Virus record (IMG/VR): IMGVR_UViG_3300050128_000007
DNA length: 62,769 bases
Reading direction: 5' to 3' (one strand)
Origin: a virus
The notes below the pieces were generated by a model. It was not told the DNA's origin, searched no databases, and saw nothing but the letters and a program-made list of their open reading frames with translations. Shown here in pieces: positions 59,137 to 62,769 of this stretch (its first letter is position 1; each line of letters opens with the position of its first letter). Both the position numbers and the translations under genes were made by a program.

Positions 59137-61659
59137 CTACTGCTGTACGTAAGTTAAGACACCCTCAAAGGCCGCAGTAGCGCCAATCGTGGTCACCGCA
59201 CACAACCCCTGACTTGCTGTCGTCTTGAAAACCGTGCCTAGCCCATTGCCCATCGAATAGAACGATGGGGCCGCTGCAACCACGCTGCCTGTGCCATAGG
59301 TTCCCGTTAACGCGGTTGTACCAGTGCAATTCGTGCTGGTCCCATATTCAAAATACAGAGTGTTGGCGGTTGTAACGACATTGCTTGCCGAGAAGCTAAA
59401 GCCGCAAACATAAATTGATGTTGAACCGGAAACCGCGACGAGCTGTGTCGTTGTTGCTGTCGTGATTGTGATAGGCGCACTGGACTTTTGCGCGTAGCTG
59501 CATGGGTCTTGATCGGAAGCGAAAGTAACTGGAACCGAATTGGCTTTAGTCGCCTGCCCGAGTGCGACAATGCCGTTGCTCCCAGCGTTGATCGTGACCG
59601 AGAGCGATTTATCCGTAGCTGGCGATGGAGTGCTCGCAGGCTTGACCGCAGCCGCGCCATTCGTTCCGTCCGTTATCTCGGTAAATCCGGGGTTGGTAAC
59701 GGAATAGGTAGAGCCGTTGACCTGCGTCTGGTTCACCGCAGCCGTACCTGCAGCGACGTTGACTTTGAGAAACCCGTTGGGGTCGGACTGCAGCGCCGCC
59801 GATTGCGTGTTGCCGACCGTGAGCGGGGTGGAGTTGTAGACCGCCCCGCCGATCAGCGCGTCGGCTGGTGCCGTACCCGCACCGACAGCTCCGCGCATGG
59901 TCAGGAGATCGACCATCGAGCCAGCCGCGAGAGAGCCTGACGCGAAGGCACCGGATGCTACAGCGCCAGATGGGACGGTATAGACGCCGACCTTGAGATT
60001 TTTGCTCGCATCATCCTGCGCCTGATCCCATGTCGTCCCGTTGTAGAAATAGTTGTGGTTGACGACAGGAGAACCGAACGTTGTTGAAGTTGCGATGCCA
60101 CTAGTCGCATCTGTAACGTTGTTGTTCGTATTGTCCACGGTCGTATGAAGCGAACCAGCCGATGTGACTTGGAGCGCCACCATCTGCCCAGTCGTAAGCG
60201 ACGGTGCCGAGGATAGATATTCCGCACCGGCTGCGGTGCCGGTAGCTGGGAAGGTGGCCGAGAACGAGGACGACGTGCCCCCTGCACCACCACCGACCTT
60301 CACGTTGACGAGCAGATTGCCGGCGTTGTCGAGCTGGAACGGCGAGACGTTTCCGGTCGTGATCGTCGTCGGCGTGGTGTTGAACTGGCCCAGAGCCAGT
60401 ATGCCATTCGTGGGCGAGGCTACGTTCTGCGTACTCGCAGCGAGACCCCACGTCGCGATCGTCGTGGGATTGACCGTGCCGATGGCCGTGGCGGAACTCG
60501 CCTGCAGAGTAGCCTGAACGGCAAACGTGCCGGTGCCGACCACGGTGGCGTTGAGGTTCGCGGGGGTCGCCTGAGTGACCGTGTTGGTCCACGTCCCACT
60601 CTGCGTGACCGCCGGGATATTAGTGACGTAGGCATTGACCCCGAGAACCTCGACGGCGCCGGGACTGGTGCCGTAGTTCGACGGCGCTCCGAGCGCCGTT
60701 CCGTCGACCTGCGTGAGATTGATGGTCCACGGCCCGGAGGCCTGCGTGACCGCGCCGATGGTGGCCGCGCCCGCGCTGAGCCCGACGGTCCACGTCCCGC
60801 TCTCGGCAGCCTGAACGGCAAAGGTTCCAGCATTGGATACGGGCTGCGTCGCTTGCCAAAATGTTCCGGTTACGGGGAACGTGCCACCCGTTCCCGTCAC
60901 CAACCACGCTACCGTATTCGCGGTGTTGCCGGGTTGCACGGTCCAAACACCGCTTTCCGTCGCGGCTACCGTTCCAGTAATTGTCGTCGAGGTTAGCGAA
61001 ACAGGTTGCGTAGTTTGCCAGAACGTCCCGCTGACGGGCTGTGTGGCCTGCCAAAACGTACCCGAAACAGGAAACGTCGCGCCCGTGGCAGGCGATACCC
61101 ACAGCGGATTGGTCGCGCTTGGCGCGGCACTAAGTATCTGCGTAAGGTTGACGTTACCGCCGCTGCCACTACCGGAACCGCCGCCAGTGCCAGTCGGCAA
61201 ACCAGTACCGCCTAGCATGTTTGCGGTCGTTGACCCGCCCGTCGCTATACAATGAAGCGCCGTGCTTCCACTCGGTATCGTAAAGGCAAACCATCCTCCA
61301 CCAGACGTAACCGGCTGATCGGCCGTGGTTGCTGCAACGTCAAGGACGTTGCAGTACATCGGATTAGTTCCGACGTTGCTAACGACTACTACCGCGCCTA
61401 CTGGCAACGTGCCGCTGGAATCCGAGGTCGTGACGGTAAGAGGAGTGCCGCGGGCACCAGGCGTGAAACCGCCTAATGTAGAGGAGAACGTACCGTCAAC
61501 ATTGATCGAGCCGTCCGAATTGACCTTGAGCTGGTGCGTCAGCGTCGTCGGGTCGGCGATGAATACCGTGCCGAGATAGTTGGTCTGCTGGGCATGCGCG
61601 GCAGATGCGATGACGGCAGCGAACGCGACGACGATGAGGGCTTTGAGGTATTGCCTCAT
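59137..61659 (-). CDS. Large exported fibre-like protein (840 aa)
   Basis: Signal peptide MRQYLKALIVVAFAAVIASAAHA|QQ. Gly/Thr/Ser/Ala-rich. GTFWQ(A/T)TQPVS repeats lie at about 60997..61074 and 60835..60879. Confidence 0.6.
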   Translation of the reverse strand: MRQYLKALIVVAFAAVIASAAHAQQTNYLGTVFIADPTTLTHQLKVNSDGSINVDGTFSSTLGGFTPGARGTPLTVTTSDSSGTLPVGAVVVVSNVGTNPMYCNVLDVAATTADQPVTSGGGWFAFTIPSGSTALHCIATGGSTTANMLGGTGLPTGTGGGSGSGSGGNVNLTQILSAAPSATNPLWVSPATGATFPVSGTFWQATQPVSGTFWQTTQPVSLTSTTITGTVAATESGVWTVQPGNTANTVAWLVTGTGGTFPVTGTFWQATQPVSNAGTFAVQAAESGTWTVGLSAGAATIGAVTQASGPWTINLTQVDGTALGAPSNYGTSPGAVEVLGVNAYVTNIPAVTQSGTWTNTVTQATPANLNATVVGTGTFAVQATLQASSATAIGTVNPTTIATWGLAASTQNVASPTNGILALGQFNTTPTTITTGNVSPFQLDNAGNLLVNVKVGGGAGGTSSSFSATFPATGTAAGAEYLSSAPSLTTGQMVALQVTSAGSLHTTVDNTNNNVTDATSGIATSTTFGSPVVNHNYFYNGTTWDQAQDDASKNLKVGVYTVPSGAVASGAFASGSLAAGSMVDLLTMRGAVGAGTAPADALIGGAVYNSTPLTVGNTQSAALQSDPNGFLKVNVAAGTAAVNQTQVNGSTYSVTNPGFTEITDGTNGAAAVKPASTPSPATDKSLSVTINAGSNGIVALGQATKANSVPVTFASDQDPCSYAQKSSAPITITTATTTQLVAVSGSTSIYVCGFSFSASNVVTTANTLYFEYGTSTNCTGTTALTGTYGTGSVVAAAPSFYSMGNGLGTVFKTTASQGLCAVTTIGATAAFEGVLTYVQQ

Positions 61660-62096
61660 GATTGTGGAATCCCTTTCGTCCCCCGCATGTAGACCGTATA
61701 GCCGCCGTTCGGCAGCGCGCTGACCGTGGTGAATTTTATTTTGCCAGTAGCGCCGGTAATGATGGTTCCCGCTGACGCCGCCGCGAGACCGCCTATCTTG
61801 TGATAGTTCTGGCGGCCAGCGGTATCGCTACCGATATAAAGCGCGTTCTGCGGCGTCGTCGCGTCCCAGATTATCTCAAGCCCCATGCCTTTGACGTTGA
61901 ACTCAACCTCGACGATCTTGATGTGCGAGAGCGGATAGAAATTCTGCCCGTACAAGAAAATGCCGAGCGGCCCCGCCGCCGAGCCGTCCACCTTCACGAC
62001 GCCAGTTTCGCCGGTTCCATCAGAGATCGAGGTGAAGACGTAGGCCCAATTCCTTCGGCCATTTTCTATAAGCTGAGACGTGACCGCATCAACCAT
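61656..62096 (-). CDS. Head-module structural protein (146 aa, beta-sandwich-like)
   Basis: ORF coupled by a 4-nt overlap, between the junction-spanning gene and the exported proteins. Confidence 0.55.
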   Translation of the reverse strand: MVDAVTSQLIENGRRNWAYVFTSISDGTGETGVVKVDGSAAGPLGIFLYGQNFYPLSHIKIVEVEFNVKGMGLEIIWDATTPQNALYIGSDTAGRQNYHKIGGLAAASAGTIITGATGKIKFTTVSALPNGGYTVYMRGTKGIPQS

Positions 62097-62123
62097 CGGT
62101 TTCTCCTAACCTCCCGACGGTGA

Positions 62124-62769
62124 TTAGACCTGCGGCTGACCGAACAGCCCCGTCGTCGGGTTTGTGACGAGCGCTCCCATCGCCGGCGTCGTTCCCATAA
62201 CCAAGCGTTTGGTGCCGTCTGACGCCGACTGCGTGGCATAGGTTCCGCGCACATCGCCGAGCAAATTAGTGGATGGGACGGTCGTTACCGCTGCCGTGTA
62301 TCCGGTATTAGCCGTGATGGCCGTGCTATTCCAATTAATCCAAGTCTCACCGAAATAGCTGGAAACAATCCCGAAACCGTAGAGGTCGGCGGTCCCCACC
62401 GAATAGTTGTGTGTATCGGTGAATTGCGGCGTCACGGATGCGATAGCCTTGAAGGTCTTCAAGGTATTCACCGTATTTGCCCCGGCCGCCACCGTGACGC
62501 TCTGCGTCATCGGATAGCCGTAGATGTCATAGCCAGAGACGATGAATATGCCGCCAGCGCCTCCGCTCACCCCAGAGATCGAGACACCGCGCCCGACATA
62601 AGTCGAGCGGCTGTAAAAGCCGGTCTGGAAATTGCCGCCAGAGCCGAATACCGCGAGCGACGGAAGGCCGTCAATCACGACCCCTGCGCTTAGGGTAAGC
62701 AATGACGGCATGAAGAAAGCCGGAGCCGCAGTAGTGAGTACGGTGATGCCAGCGCCCGTGGTGCTAACC
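62124..62769 (-). CDS. C-terminal part of the junction-spanning structural gene (see 1..420)
   Basis: The frame is open to the window end and continuous with 420..1 once the 127-bp overlap is removed. Confidence 0.7.
   Translation of the reverse strand, partial: VSTTGAGITVLTTAAPAFFMPSLLTLSAGVVIDGLPSLAVFGSGGNFQTGFYSRSTYVGRGVSISGVSGGAGGIFIVSGYDIYGYPMTQSVTVAAGANTVNTLKTFKAIASVTPQFTDTHNYSVGTADLYGFGIVSSYFGETWINWNSTAITANTGYTAAVTTVPSTNLLGDVRGTYATQSASDGTKRLVMGTTPAMGALVTNPTTGLFGQPQV
62643..62769. repeat. Second copy of the 127-bp terminal overlap
   Basis: Identical to 1..127. Confidence 0.95.

Noticed and set aside
39755-61659. A diversity-generating retroelement acting on the repeat-rich fibre genes
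   Set aside because: I found no reverse transcriptase ORF and no near-identical template/variable repeat pair. The repeats are degenerate at the protein level.

Overview
The window is a complete, circularly closed genome of a tailed dsDNA phage. Bases 1..127 are identical to 62643..62769, so the unit length is 62,642 bp. One virion gene crosses that junction. A late operon of about 41.8 kb lies on the minus strand, running 11632 down to 1 and then 62642 down to 32470. In transcription order it encodes TerS, nine small ORFs and TerL. These are followed by a KTSC protein, portal, GroES-like protein, scaffold and HK97-type capsid genes. Next come three large proteins with export signals, adaptor-like proteins and a P22 gp10-like tail hub. 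The operon continues with a sulfotransferase-like/GNAT fusion and three internal (ejection) proteins, one with an SLT domain. It ends with two signal-peptide tail fibres and a 7-kb block of envelope-targeted and lysis genes. The plus strand 19500..32453 carries YqaJ exonuclease, RecT, two DNA methyltransferases and many small genes. Leftward early genes occupy 19399..13526 and include GapR, a DUF1064 nuclease and a methyltransferase. A structured non-coding region of about 720 bp lies at 11633..12352. I recognised no integrase, partition, polymerase or helicase genes. There are two diverged IS1595-type DDE transposase genes. The gene content points to an alphaproteobacterial host, but that is inference. 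The main oddities are these. (1) Five large Cys-rich fibre-like proteins carry Sec signal peptides. (2) TerL is split across two frames exactly at a CCCUUUC heptamer inside the Walker A motif. (3) A 678-bp single-gene cassette bounded by inverted and direct repeats sits in the recT/next-gene junction. (4) A class-II tRNA-like gene has a UGG anticodon. (5) The tail hub is expanded by repeats. (6) An orphan Panacea-type antitoxin is present. (7) An HpnG-like phosphorylase gene is translationally coupled to the endolysin gene. All family names come from reading the translations by eye, with no searches run.
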